Of a stretch of DNA of 64,000 nt, positions 10,541 to 19,382 are shown one piece after another. The stretch is from NCBI GenBank assembly GCA_964533095.1, contig CAZHKS010000003.1:201696-265695 (forward strand), written 5' to 3'. The notes under the pieces are model-generated. The model had not been told where the DNA came from. It saw only the letters and a list, made by a program, of their open reading frames with translations, and searched no databases. Positions within the stretch are counted from its first letter, which is position 1. Each line of letters begins with the position of its first letter. Both the position numbers and the translations under genes were made by a program. This DNA comes from an uncultured Thiobacillus sp. Its GTDB lineage: Bacteria; Pseudomonadota; Gammaproteobacteria; Burkholderiales; Thiobacillaceae.

Positions 10541-11340
10541 ATCGAGCCGGATCAGGATCGGTGCTGTGCGGGTCATGGCCTGTTTCCACCAAGAGGTGTG
10601 CGGGATTATGGAGAAACGTCGCGGATGTTCCCGTTGCCTGGTTCGAACAGATCGTGGATATGGATGTGACGCCGGCCCGTCGTGCCTTCACAGGGAACGA
10701 AAGCCAGTTCTCAACTGGCGAACAGAGCGGCGAGCCGTTCACCGGACGGGTGGACCGCGTCCAGTCTGGCCGAGCTGAATCTCCTGTGACGGAATACTGA
10801 CCACGACCGTGGACCGCAGACCCACTGAAAGTTTGCTCGGGATGGCAGGGGGCAGGTCTTTCTTCTCCATTGATACTGGCGAATGGGAATTGTTCGTCTG
10901 GCGACATTCAGGCTACCTCATATATCGGGGGAATATCCGTGAGATTTCCAGTGCAATAGTCATGCGCAGCCAGATGTCTTGGCGCGAAATGAGGTGCCGA
11001 GGCGCGATGTTCCCCGAGGAGAGGAAGGCGCGGGGCTAATGGGCTTGATTGGATGTGGCTATCGCCTTTGCCGGGTCCTTTGTCCGTTTGAAATAGACAA
11101 GGGCATCATGCTGGATGATGGCAACGAAAAACGTTTTCAGGGGCAAGGAGAATCAGCATGACTTTATTTAACGACATCCAGGGCCCTGAAGTGCTTACAC
11201 GGAGTGGACGCTCAGGCAGGTATTGAGGCTGGGCGTTGCATCCGCCGCCGAGCAGCTTCGGGATGAGGCCATGGGAAGTTTCTGTTCGGAACACCCGCGT
11301 GGACGGTGGGAAGAGGGCGGCGGGCAGAGGCTTTTCCTGG

Positions 11341-11694
11341 TCAGGCGCCCCGGGCAAGAATGAAGTCTCTCAGCGCGACGGCATCATTGAAACGCGCTTC
11401 CCGGGCGCCGAACAGCAGGGTCACCGGACCGGTCCCCATGGCATCGATCGCATGCGCCAGCGCTTCAGGCTGTTGCTGCAGTTCCTGCAGGTAGCGCCGC
11501 CTGAATTCATCCCACTTCTCGGGCTCATGGTTGAACCATTTGCGCAGTTCCGTGCTGGGGGCCAGTTCCTTGAGCCACAGGTCGACGCGGGCTTTGTCCC
11601 GGGAGAGTCCGCGCGGCCACAGCCGGTCGACCAGTATCCGCATGCCGTCGTGCGGGGAGGGCGGGTCGTAGACCCGCTTGATGCGGATATCCAT
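11341..11694 (-). CDS. DUF488 family protein
   Basis: Internal ATG at 11694 of ORF 11341..11910. MDIRIKRVYDPPSPHDGMRILVDRLWPRGLSRDKARVDLWLKELAPS is the conserved DUF488 N-terminus. Confidence 0.8.
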   Translation of the reverse strand: MDIRIKRVYDPPSPHDGMRILVDRLWPRGLSRDKARVDLWLKELAPSTELRKWFNHEPEKWDEFRRRYLQELQQQPEALAHAIDAMGTGPVTLLFGAREARFNDAVALRDFILARGA

Positions 11695-11702
11695 GCGGAG
11701 GC

Positions 11703-12224
11703 TCAAGGCGTGACGCCGCATACCATGCGCGCACCGCCGCCGCCCAATGGGGCCGGATGGTCGGAATGGTTGTCGCCGCCGGCGTGGACCATCAGCGAAC
11801 GCCCTTTCAGGTCTGCCATGTTCAGGCGCGGGGCGAGCACCGGCTGGGTCGCGCTGCCGTTCGCGTCGACGTAGAGCGGCGGCAGGTCGCCCAGATGCCC
11901 GTCGCCCCACGGCGTGCCATGGCGATTGGTCTTTTCAGGATCGTAGTGCCCGCCTGCGGCAAGCGCGGCGACCGGCTTTCCATCCTTTTCCTTCGGCCCG
12001 CAATCGGGGTTCTGATGCACGTGGAACCCGTGCAGGCCGGGCGGCAGGCCCTTGAGGTCGGGCGTGAACACCAGGCCGTAGCGGGATTCCGAGACGGTGA
12101 CCTGGCCGACCGACGGGCCGATGCCCTGTTCGTCCACGCTATGCATCGGGACCACCATGTCGGCTGCGACTGCCCACGACGCGAGGCTCGAAACAAGTCC
12201 CAATACCACTATGCTGATTTTCAT
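11703..12224 (-). CDS. sodC: periplasmic Cu,Zn superoxide dismutase
   Basis: ATG at 12224 preceded by GGAAGGAG, followed by a signal peptide. Metal-ligand motifs [20 protein letters not shown] and HAGGDNHSD are present. Confidence 0.93.
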   Translation of the reverse strand: MKISIVVLGLVSSLASWAVAADMVVPMHSVDEQGIGPSVGQVTVSESRYGLVFTPDLKGLPPGLHGFHVHQNPDCGPKEKDGKPVAALAAGGHYDPEKTNRHGTPWGDGHLGDLPPLYVDANGSATQPVLAPRLNMADLKGRSLMVHAGGDNHSDHPAPLGGGGARMVCGVTP

Positions 12225-12392
12225 GTCTGCTCCTTCCAGGATGGGGAACATCAGGACGAGGCCATCGACCGGCCAATGAAACCCAGGTCGTGGATCATCT
12301 GGAAGAGTAGGCCAGACGCGCTTCTTGGCAAGTGGATTTACGGGATGTCGTCCCGATCCCTTCGGGCGGTTGCGGGGCTGGACCGTCCGCGT

Positions 12393-13268
12393 CTACGGGC
12401 GGCCCGCCGGAAAGACACGCGGGCTGTCTTTTGCCGCCTGTTTCTCGAGGATGACCAGGGCAATCCCGCCGAGTATGGCGGCGGACGCCAATGTCAGGCG
12501 CAGGGTGAGGGCCTCGCCGAGAAAAGCGATGCCGCCCAGCGCCGCAATCACCGGGACGCTGAGCTGTACGATCGACGCGTGGGTGGCCTTGAGTGCCGGC
12601 AATACCCTGTACCAGATGGCGTAGCCCATCCCGGACGTCAGCGCGCCCGACAGGAGGGCGTAGGCGATGCCGGCCTGGTCCAGCGAGGTGCGGTTCATCA
12701 TGAACAGGTTCAGGGCGACCGCGATGGGTGCTGCGCGCAGGAAATTGCCCGCGGTGACCCGGGTGGGGTTTCCCGCGCCTTTTCCACGCAGGGAATAGAT
12801 GCCCCACGCAACCCCCGAGCCCAGCATGAGGGCCGAATCGAGCAGCGGCGGCGCCGTGAGTCCGGGGAGCAGCAGGCCAACCAGTCCGACGCATGCGAGC
12901 ACGAGTCCGGCGAGCTGCATGCGTCCCAGGTGTTCGCCTGCCCGGATGCCGTGGCCGATCATCGTCGCCTGGACGGCGCCGAACAGCAGCAGCGCGCCCA
13001 TTGCCGTCGGCAGGCCCACATAGGCAAAGGACAGGCTCGCCGCATAGGCAAACAGCGCCAGCGCGGACAGCCAGTTGCCGCTGCCGGACGCCTTGCCGTG
13101 CCGCGCGCGCGCCAGCAGCCAGAGTGTCAGCGCACCGGAGACCAGCCGGATCGTCGTGAAGCTGGCGGGATCGATGCTGGTCTGCTTGAGCGCCATCCGG
13201 CAGAGCAGGGAATTGCCGGCAAAGGCGATCATGGTCAGCGACGTCAGGGCAAGGATGCGCGTGCGCAT
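12393..13268 (-). CDS. EamA/DMT family transporter (alternative start at 13334)
   Basis: ORF 12393..13424. Multi-TM, Gly/Ala/Leu-rich sequence typical of 10-TM EamA proteins. In-frame ATGs at 13334 and 13268; the start choice is uncertain. Confidence 0.8.
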   Translation of the reverse strand: MRTRILALTSLTMIAFAGNSLLCRMALKQTSIDPASFTTIRLVSGALTLWLLARARHGKASGSGNWLSALALFAYAASLSFAYVGLPTAMGALLLFGAVQATMIGHGIRAGEHLGRMQLAGLVLACVGLVGLLLPGLTAPPLLDSALMLGSGVAWGIYSLRGKGAGNPTRVTAGNFLRAAPIAVALNLFMMNRTSLDQAGIAYALLSGALTSGMGYAIWYRVLPALKATHASIVQLSVPVIAALGGIAFLGEALTLRLTLASAAILGGIALVILEKQAAKDSPRVFPAGRP

Positions 13269-13323
13269 TCCGGATGTCAGCACGTCGTGGGGGGCTGGCT
13301 GTGCCAGAGAGGGACGTGCGCCA

Positions 13324-14061
13324 TTAGTCGTCATGCTGCGCGCGCAGGGCGGAACGCTCCAGTTCCACCAGGTGCGGCAGGAGTTCAGAATTCTTCTGGA
13401 CATGGAAAATGAAGCGTGGAACATCCCGATCGGTGTGCTGGGCCATGAAGGGCTCGCCCCAGAAGCTGAGCAATGCTTCGGTTCCTCCGCTCAACTGGCT
13501 GTCGGCGAGTATGAACGAAGTCGTCCTGCTCAAGCTGCACCAGCGCGGCTCCCTGACCTTCGCGTGGCCGGCGCAGGCGGCGATTTTTGGTTGTACGGCC
13601 TGTTCCCATAGATCCTTCTGGCTTGCATCGAGGACAAACTGAATGGACGTCACCATGGGGTTGTCCACGGCCGGGCGAAGCAAGGCATCGAACAGCGGCT
13701 GGGGTTTGTACATCGACAGGCAGACATTGAACCAGATGCTTTCCCCGCTCATATGCCGCACGAACTGCTCATTTGCGATACGCAGATTGCGGGGGCCTAT
13801 CAGGATGATGTCAGGATGCTTGAGCGTGGCCTGGATCTTTCGGACCATGTGTTCAGTGCGATCCACCTGTTCCGCCGTCTGCTCATTGTTTCGCGTATGA
13901 CGCATGAAGTTGATGAAAAGCAATCCCAACAGGGCCAAGACGATGGGGAGGATGATGTGTTCGTCCACCACATGCAGCAGATGCAGGATGATCGCCGCGA
14001 CCGCTGCCACGATCCCGGCAATCGCGTCCCACTCGAATTTGAGGAAATGTCTGAGTTTCAT
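13324..14061 (-). CDS. hypothetical membrane-anchored protein (2 N-terminal TM helices + ~170-aa unknown domain)
   Basis: ORF 13324..14106 begins at a TTG; the first ATG is at 14061 (MKLRHFLKFEW...). Visibly lower GC than neighbours. I recognise no family. Confidence 0.6.
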   Translation of the reverse strand: MKLRHFLKFEWDAIAGIVAAVAAIILHLLHVVDEHIILPIVLALLGLLFINFMRHTRNNEQTAEQVDRTEHMVRKIQATLKHPDIILIGPRNLRIANEQFVRHMSGESIWFNVCLSMYKPQPLFDALLRPAVDNPMVTSIQFVLDASQKDLWEQAVQPKIAACAGHAKVREPRWCSLSRTTSFILADSQLSGGTEALLSFWGEPFMAQHTDRDVPRFIFHVQKNSELLPHLVELERSALRAQHDD

Positions 14062-14280
14062 GGCGTGTCTGGCATCTGGATAATGAACCGACTGAAATTT
14101 AGGCAAGTCCTGACAAGCACGCTCGGTTCTGCACTGCCGTCAGCCCGTCGCTCAGCCGCTCACCCAAGGGTTCCAGGCAGGCCCCGACACCCGCCGGTCC
14201 AGTCGGCACGGTGATGATCCTGTGTGACGCGGCACGCCTGGGCGAAGGGCGCGGCGTTCGTCAGTGGGCCGGACAGCCCG

Positions 14281-14574
14281 TCACTTGGCTTTGTGCGCGA
14301 TGGGTTTTTCCGTGAAGAGATAGTCCTTCATCTCATCGGAAAACTTCGGGTCCTTGCGGCGGATCCATTCCATCACCATCGCGGCATGTTCCTTTTCCTC
14401 ATCGCGGTTGTGCATGAGGATCGCCTTCAGCTCGGGATCCTTGCAGGCGTCGGCGCGCTGGTTGTACCAGTCCACCGCCTCCAGTTCCTCCATGAGCGAG
14501 ACGATCGCACGATGCATGTCCCTTGTTTCGTCGCTCAGTTCATTAACGGGTTCATGGTAGCCGACGCTCGACAT
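14281..14574 (-). CDS. encapsulated-ferritin-like (EncFtn family) ferritin-like protein, no obvious cargo-targeting tail
   Basis: ATG at 14574 preceded by AGGAGA. HEPVNELSDETRDMHRAIVSLMEELEAVDWYNQRADACKDPELKAILMHNRDEEKEHAAMVMEWIRRKD closely matches my recollection of the Rhodospirillum rubrum EncFtn core. Confidence 0.8.
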   Translation of the reverse strand: MSSVGYHEPVNELSDETRDMHRAIVSLMEELEAVDWYNQRADACKDPELKAILMHNRDEEKEHAAMVMEWIRRKDPKFSDEMKDYLFTEKPIAHKAK

Positions 14575-15589
14575 TGAGTCTCTCCTGTTGTGGTTGAAAA
14601 TTATCCATGGGCGCACGACCTGACATGCGGCAAGCCTGTTTCTGCGTGCCGTCAGCGCCATGCCAGACACGATGGTAACGCGATTGGTCGCCCGCCTTGC
14701 TACGTCCCTGGCGAACAATCATTGCGACACCCAGCAGGACCGACACACAGCCGGCCAGGAACATGCGCGAAAGGCCTTCGCCGAGTATCAGGTAGGCAAA
14801 CAGCCCGCCAAACAGGGGGATGAAGAGGGAAATCGTGGCCGTGATCATGGCGGGCAAACGCCTGGATGCCAGCGCGAAACCCAAGGTGGGGACGGCTGTG
14901 GAAAGCAGGCCGAGACCCAGGAACACCCGTAGCGCGCCACTGTCCAGGCTGGCCAGTCCGGACGGCGCAGGCGTCAGGGAAACCGCGCCGACCAGGATTG
15001 CGCCTCCGATCGCGAAGGTCAGCAGGGCGATGCTGCCGGTTTCCGGCGCACGGCCGCGCTCGGCCAGGATCCGGTACGTGTAGGCATAGACCGCTGTCAA
15101 CGCTGCCGCGCCCATTGCAATCATGTTTCCATAGAGATGCGGGGTTGCCCGGTCTCCCGCGAAGGACATTTTCGGAACCAGGATCAGGGCGATCCCGCCC
15201 GCCGCCAGCAAGGCCCCGCTGATTTCCGTGCGGGTGGAGCGCTCCCCGCGGAGGCCGCGAATGACGATCACGAAAAGCGGCAGCGTGCTGAGCAGCAACG
15301 CCACTTCCGCCACGGGAGCCATCTGAAAAGCGGCCGTGGCCAGCAGGTAATAGCCGACCAGAAGCAAGGCGAGTACATACGCGACGGGACGCCCCAGGGC
15401 CGATTTGAAACCAAGACGCGTGTCGCGGCAAAGAACGAGCAGGGGCAGGGCAGCGGCAAGCGCGATGACGAACCGCCCGGCCGTCACGGTCAGCGGTGAA
15501 ATGGACGGGAGCAGCCGCACAAAGACCCCGGTCAGTCCCCACGTCAGGGACGTCACCGCAGCAACCAGCAAGGCGTTTCGCTCCGTCAC
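14552..15589 (-). CDS. EamA/DMT family transporter (GTG start)
   Basis: 345-aa ORF with multiple hydrophobic segments in an EamA-like repeat organisation. Its 3' end overlaps the EncFtn-like start by 23 nt. Confidence 0.8.
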   Translation of the reverse strand: MTERNALLVAAVTSLTWGLTGVFVRLLPSISPLTVTAGRFVIALAAALPLLVLCRDTRLGFKSALGRPVAYVLALLLVGYYLLATAAFQMAPVAEVALLLSTLPLFVIVIRGLRGERSTRTEISGALLAAGGIALILVPKMSFAGDRATPHLYGNMIAMGAAALTAVYAYTYRILAERGRAPETGSIALLTFAIGGAILVGAVSLTPAPSGLASLDSGALRVFLGLGLLSTAVPTLGFALASRRLPAMITATISLFIPLFGGLFAYLILGEGLSRMFLAGCVSVLLGVAMIVRQGRSKAGDQSRYHRVWHGADGTQKQACRMSGRAPMDNFQPQQERLNVERRLP

Positions 15590-15656
15590 GAGGTGCGCAG
15601 GGCGTCAATGACCCAGGCGGCACGCAGGCCGCTTCGCCTTGCATTCCGAGCGGGCG

Positions 15657-15710
15657 CTACAGTACGCCATGCTCAGGCTCGTGCAGGTGGATGATGAGCA
15701 GGTGTTGCAT
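15657..15710 (-). CDS. candidate 17-aa His-rich small ORF / leader peptide (MQHLLIIHLHEPEHGVL)
   Basis: Hand translation. The ATG at 15710 is preceded by a strong AAGGAGG 6 nt upstream. Lies between the ggt stop and the GTG start of the EamA gene. No other support. Confidence 0.25.
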   Translation of the reverse strand: MQHLLIIHLHEPEHGVL

Positions 15711-15774
15711 GCGAGCCTCCTTGATCGATGACGATAATTATGACCGGTCTGGATGTCCCGCAGCGACGCAGCCG

Positions 15775-17556
15775 TCAACGCCAAACCCGAATCACCGTCC
15801 CCTCGCGCCGTGGATCGGCTGCGCCGCGATGCGCGCCGGAAGCGGAGTCGACGACGACGGCCTGCACCGAACCGATGGTTTCCCGGCAGCCGTCCGTGCC
15901 CGCGTCGCCCAGGCCGGGGTGCCCGAGTGTGCGCAGCGCGTCCTGCGTGGCGATGCTGAAGCGCGGCTGCATGAAGGCCTGGCCGCCTTCGCAGCTCACC
16001 TTGCCGGCTGCGTTCGTCACCGACAGCCGCGGCGCATCGATGGCCTGCTGCATCGTCATGCCATGGTCGATGAGGTTGAGCGTGACGTTGAGCACCGAGT
16101 TGATGATGGTGGCGCCGCCGGGCGAGCCGTAGGCGGCGACGGGCTTGCCGTCCTTCAGCAGCAGCAGCGGCGCCATGCTGGAGCGCGGACGTTTGAATGG
16201 CGCGACGTCGTTGGCGCCAGGATTGCCTTCGGCGGGATCGGCGCCGGGCAGGAAATTGAAATCGGTCAACTCGTTGTTGAGCAGGAAACCATAGCCCGGC
16301 ACGGTGATACCGGAACCCCAGGTGTATTCGATGGTGGTGGTATAGCTCACCATGTTGCCCCAGCGGTCGACGATGGCGAAGTGGGTGGTGTGGAGGCTTT
16401 CCTCCCGCGTGCGGGCCGGTTTTGGCTGCACAGCGGCGGAGGCATCCCAAGGCGTGAGGTCGCCTGCCTGCGGCGTGTCCATGCGGCGATCCGTTTTGAT
16501 CAATGCCGCGCGCGCCGCCAGATACTCGGGGTCCAGCAGGGCGCGTTGCGCCGCCGGCGCGGCATCGTCGTCGCCGATCCACACTGCGCGGTCGGCAAAC
16601 GCCAGGCGCATGGCCTCGGTCATTACATGCAGGGTCTTGGGACTGCCGAAGCCATAGCCTTGTGCGACGTCGCCGAGCGGAAAGCGCTCGAGCAGCTTCA
16701 GGATTTCGAAGAGGGTGAGGCCGCCGGAGGAAGGGGGCGGCATGCCGGCGAGCGTCCAGCCGCGATAGTGGCCGACCAGCGGCCGGCGGATCGCCACCCG
16801 ATACTGTGCCAGATCGGCGAGCGTCATGCGGCCCTTGCCCGCGTCGCCGAGTTCGCTGCGCCCGCGCTGCTGCGCCTTGACGATGGCGCGTGCGATCGGG
16901 CCGCGGTAGAAGGCGTCCGGTCCCCTGGCCGCGATAAGCTTCAGGGTCTTCGCCAGGTCGGGCTGCACCAGCCAGTCGCCCTCGGCCAGCGGCACGCCGC
17001 CGGGGCAGAAAGTTGCCGCGGTTTCCGGCTGGATCCGGATGCGGCCGTCATCGTTCGCGATGTCGTCCGCCAGGAAACGGTTGACGCGGAAACCGCGTTC
17101 GGCGAGTTCGATCGCAGGCGCCAGCGTGTCGGCCAGCTTCATCGTGCCCCAGCGGCGCAGGGCGGTGTCGACGCCGAGGAGCGTGCCCGGCACGCCCACC
17201 GCGAGGCCGCTGGTCGAGGCAAGGGGAAAGGTCATCGGCAGGCCGTCGGGCGCGAACATCTCGGCACTGGCGCGTGCAGGGGCGCGTTCGCGCGAATCGA
17301 CGAAGTAGGTCTCGCCGCTGGCCAGGTGGACCAGCATGAAGCCGCCGCCGCCGATGCCGGACGATTGCGGCTCGACGACGTTCAATGCGAATTGCACCGC
17401 GGCGGCGGCATCGATGGCGTTGCCGCCCTGTGCCAGGATGCGTGCGCCGGCCGCGGCGGCGGCTGGTTGCGAGACCGCCACCACGCCCTCGGGCGAGGCG
17501 GCCAGCACGGGGGACGACAGCAGACAGAGGACGAGCCAGCGCGCAATACGGTTCAT
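15775..17556 (-). CDS. ggt: gamma-glutamyltransferase
   Basis: Internal ATG at 17556 of ORF 15775..17688 gives a signal peptide (MNRIARWLVLCLLSSPVLAA). GGT motifs GGNAIDAA, SGIGGGGFM and the autoprocessing-site region TTHFAIVD are present. Confidence 0.93.
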   Translation of the reverse strand: MNRIARWLVLCLLSSPVLAASPEGVVAVSQPAAAAAGARILAQGGNAIDAAAAVQFALNVVEPQSSGIGGGGFMLVHLASGETYFVDSRERAPARASAEMFAPDGLPMTFPLASTSGLAVGVPGTLLGVDTALRRWGTMKLADTLAPAIELAERGFRVNRFLADDIANDDGRIRIQPETAATFCPGGVPLAEGDWLVQPDLAKTLKLIAARGPDAFYRGPIARAIVKAQQRGRSELGDAGKGRMTLADLAQYRVAIRRPLVGHYRGWTLAGMPPPSSGGLTLFEILKLLERFPLGDVAQGYGFGSPKTLHVMTEAMRLAFADRAVWIGDDDAAPAAQRALLDPEYLAARAALIKTDRRMDTPQAGDLTPWDASAAVQPKPARTREESLHTTHFAIVDRWGNMVSYTTTIEYTWGSGITVPGYGFLLNNELTDFNFLPGADPAEGNPGANDVAPFKRPRSSMAPLLLLKDGKPVAAYGSPGGATIINSVLNVTLNLIDHGMTMQQAIDAPRLSVTNAAGKVSCEGGQAFMQPRFSIATQDALRTLGHPGLGDAGTDGCRETIGSVQAVVVDSASGAHRGAADPRREGTVIRVWR

Positions 17557-17641
17557 GGGCAACAGCCGGGATCGGCAGGAAAGGGAGCAGGGCAGAGCCT
17601 GCACCGGTTTGGCCGCGCGCGTCAATGCGCGGGGCGGACGC

Positions 17642-18838
17642 TCAGCCGGGCTTGCCGTCGACGCGCGGGCGCAGCAGCATCGGGGCATACACCCAGGAGA
17701 ACAGGCCGAACGCGGCGATCCATACCAGACCGGCCACGTCCATGACCGGCGTATAGGCGGCCGGAAAAAGCAGCGGCAGCGCGACGCGGGCCAGAGCGGC
17801 GAGGTTGATCGCCACGAAGGCCAGCGTCATGATCGGCGGCGGTTCCAGTTGACGGCCGGTGTGGCCGAGCGACACGCGCGCCATCATGCCGAGGGTCAGG
17901 ACGCCAATGGCGCCGGCGGTGAAGGCATGCAGCGCGCTGCTGGTGGCCATGTGCCATCCTGCCGCCGACAGCGCCAGCAGTGCGAAGCCGAGCGGTATCC
18001 ACGCATAGCCCAGATGCAGGATCCACAGCAGCGGAACCGACCAGAATTTCGGGGTGTACCAGCCCGCCAGGCGAACGGCATGGACCGCCGCCGCCCCGGC
18101 GGCGAGCAGAGCCGTGACCGGCGAAGCCGGCGCCAGCAGCGCGGCGATCAGCGCCGCCAGGGTGGCGGCCGGAACCAGCCATTCGATGGTTTTCCAGCGC
18201 CGTGCACGGGTGCGCAGCTTGTTGTCGGTAAAGCTGGGAATGACCCGCCCGCCCATCACCGTGATCATCGTCACCACCACGTAGACGGCCATATGCAGCC
18301 CGGGCTTCGCCGTACCGGAGGTCCAGTGCAGCGCATCGGCGTGCACCAGCGCATTGGCCGCGGCCAGCGCAAGCAGCAGGAGGGGAAAGGGATAGTTGTG
18401 CAGCTGCTTCGCCCGCAGGATCGGCCATGCCAGCGTGATCGCCAGCACCGGCAGGAACGCCAGGTCGACCAGTGCGACCAGACCGGCCGGCAGGCCCGGA
18501 ATCAGGAAGCTAAGGCGGCCCGCCAGCCACAACAGGAACAGTGCGGCCAGCGGTCGGCCCGAGGGCGTGCGGAGGCCGGTCCAGTTCTGCGCCGCGGTCA
18601 GCAGGAAGCCGGCTATCACCGATACGGCGAAGCCGAACACCATTTCATGGCCGTGCCAGACCAGCGGAAGCAGTTCGCCCGGGGTCATGACGCCGCCCAG
18701 CACAAGCAGCCATAGCGCCATCAGCAGCACGGCATAGAGGCCTGCCGCCAGGAAAAAAGGCCGGAAGCCGAGCGCGAACGGCGCCCAGCCGGCGAGCGAA
18801 GGGCGCTTCTGGAGATCTTCGACGGGCAGCATGACCAT
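17642..18838 (-). CDS. nnrS: NnrS family heme-copper membrane protein (NO-stress associated)
   Basis: ORF 17642..18886, with the likely start at the ATG GTC ATG at 18838/18832. About 12 TM segments, with FALGFRPFFL and WHGHEMVFGF motifs typical of NnrS. Confidence 0.88.
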   Translation of the reverse strand: MVMLPVEDLQKRPSLAGWAPFALGFRPFFLAAGLYAVLLMALWLLVLGGVMTPGELLPLVWHGHEMVFGFAVSVIAGFLLTAAQNWTGLRTPSGRPLAALFLLWLAGRLSFLIPGLPAGLVALVDLAFLPVLAITLAWPILRAKQLHNYPFPLLLLALAAANALVHADALHWTSGTAKPGLHMAVYVVVTMITVMGGRVIPSFTDNKLRTRARRWKTIEWLVPAATLAALIAALLAPASPVTALLAAGAAAVHAVRLAGWYTPKFWSVPLLWILHLGYAWIPLGFALLALSAAGWHMATSSALHAFTAGAIGVLTLGMMARVSLGHTGRQLEPPPIMTLAFVAINLAALARVALPLLFPAAYTPVMDVAGLVWIAAFGLFSWVYAPMLLRPRVDGKPG

Positions 18839-18960
18839 GGATACGGGTGGGCTCAATAAGGGGATGCGTATCGGTACCGGCCCCATGCGGGGCGGGCATG
18901 CCGGCGCGTGCGCCCGGCGGCGCGATGGAGGCAGGCGGGAGGGATTCCCCGGTCAGGCGA

Positions 18961-19281
18961 TCAGCCCGTGCTCCAGGCACGAGGGCGCTTCATGCCGGCG
19001 ATCTTGCAGGCCTGCTTTACATAGCCGTAGGGAAACAGTTCGAACAGCTTCTTCTGCGCATCCCTGCCCATGCGCTCGGCCAGATGCTTGATGACGTAGC
19101 GGGCGTCGGCGGCGATCTGGTGCTCTTCATAAAACTCACGCATGAAACGGATGGCATCCCAGTGGTCGTCGGTAAGCTGGATGTTCTCACCTTCGGCCAG
19201 GACTTTGGCCACGTCCTCGTTCCAGTCCCCGGGTTCGATCAGATAACCTTCCGCATCGCGTTCAGGCAAATCGACAGCCAT
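18961..19281 (-). CDS. TusE/DsrC/DsvC family protein lacking the penultimate C-terminal cysteine
   Basis: 106-aa ORF. The pattern ...WNEDVA..LA..E.I.LTDDHWD.IRFMREFY.EH...P..R...K... is the DsrC fold. The C-terminus KQACKIAGMKRPRAWSTG has one Cys only. Confidence 0.88.
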   Translation of the reverse strand: MAVDLPERDAEGYLIEPGDWNEDVAKVLAEGENIQLTDDHWDAIRFMREFYEEHQIAADARYVIKHLAERMGRDAQKKLFELFPYGYVKQACKIAGMKRPRAWSTG

Positions 19282-19382
19282 GGCTTTTCTCCTGTTCCAG
19301 TGGGTTGATTAATGATTCATTTGGTATATATGTTTGCATGTTCTGCCGGCGCGATCAAGCCCGCCCGCAGGCAACTCCTCCA

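Noticed and set aside
10541-11340. Cobalamin riboswitch, SRP/4.5S RNA, tmRNA, RNase P RNA or a group II intron fragment in the gene-free gap.
   Set aside because: I looked for the conserved cores: B12 box with GCCACTG, GGUCCGGAAGGAAGCAGCC, GAGGAAAGUCC, and domain V. Only loose partial matches turned up (CCCACTG, and GCAGGTCT in the wrong orientation). No downstream gene is positioned to be regulated.
13324-14106. Possibility that the 245-260-aa ORF next to the EncFtn-like gene is the encapsulin shell protein.
   Set aside because: It has two N-terminal TM helices and no resemblance to the HK97-fold family 1 encapsulin sequences I recall. A 219-nt gap also separates the two genes.
19305-19319. 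FNR/DNR box upstream of the DsrC-like gene (TTGATTAATGATTCA).
   Set aside because: Only one half-site (TTGAT / ATCAA) is good. The other arm (GAATC) does not match TTGAT-N4-ATCAA.
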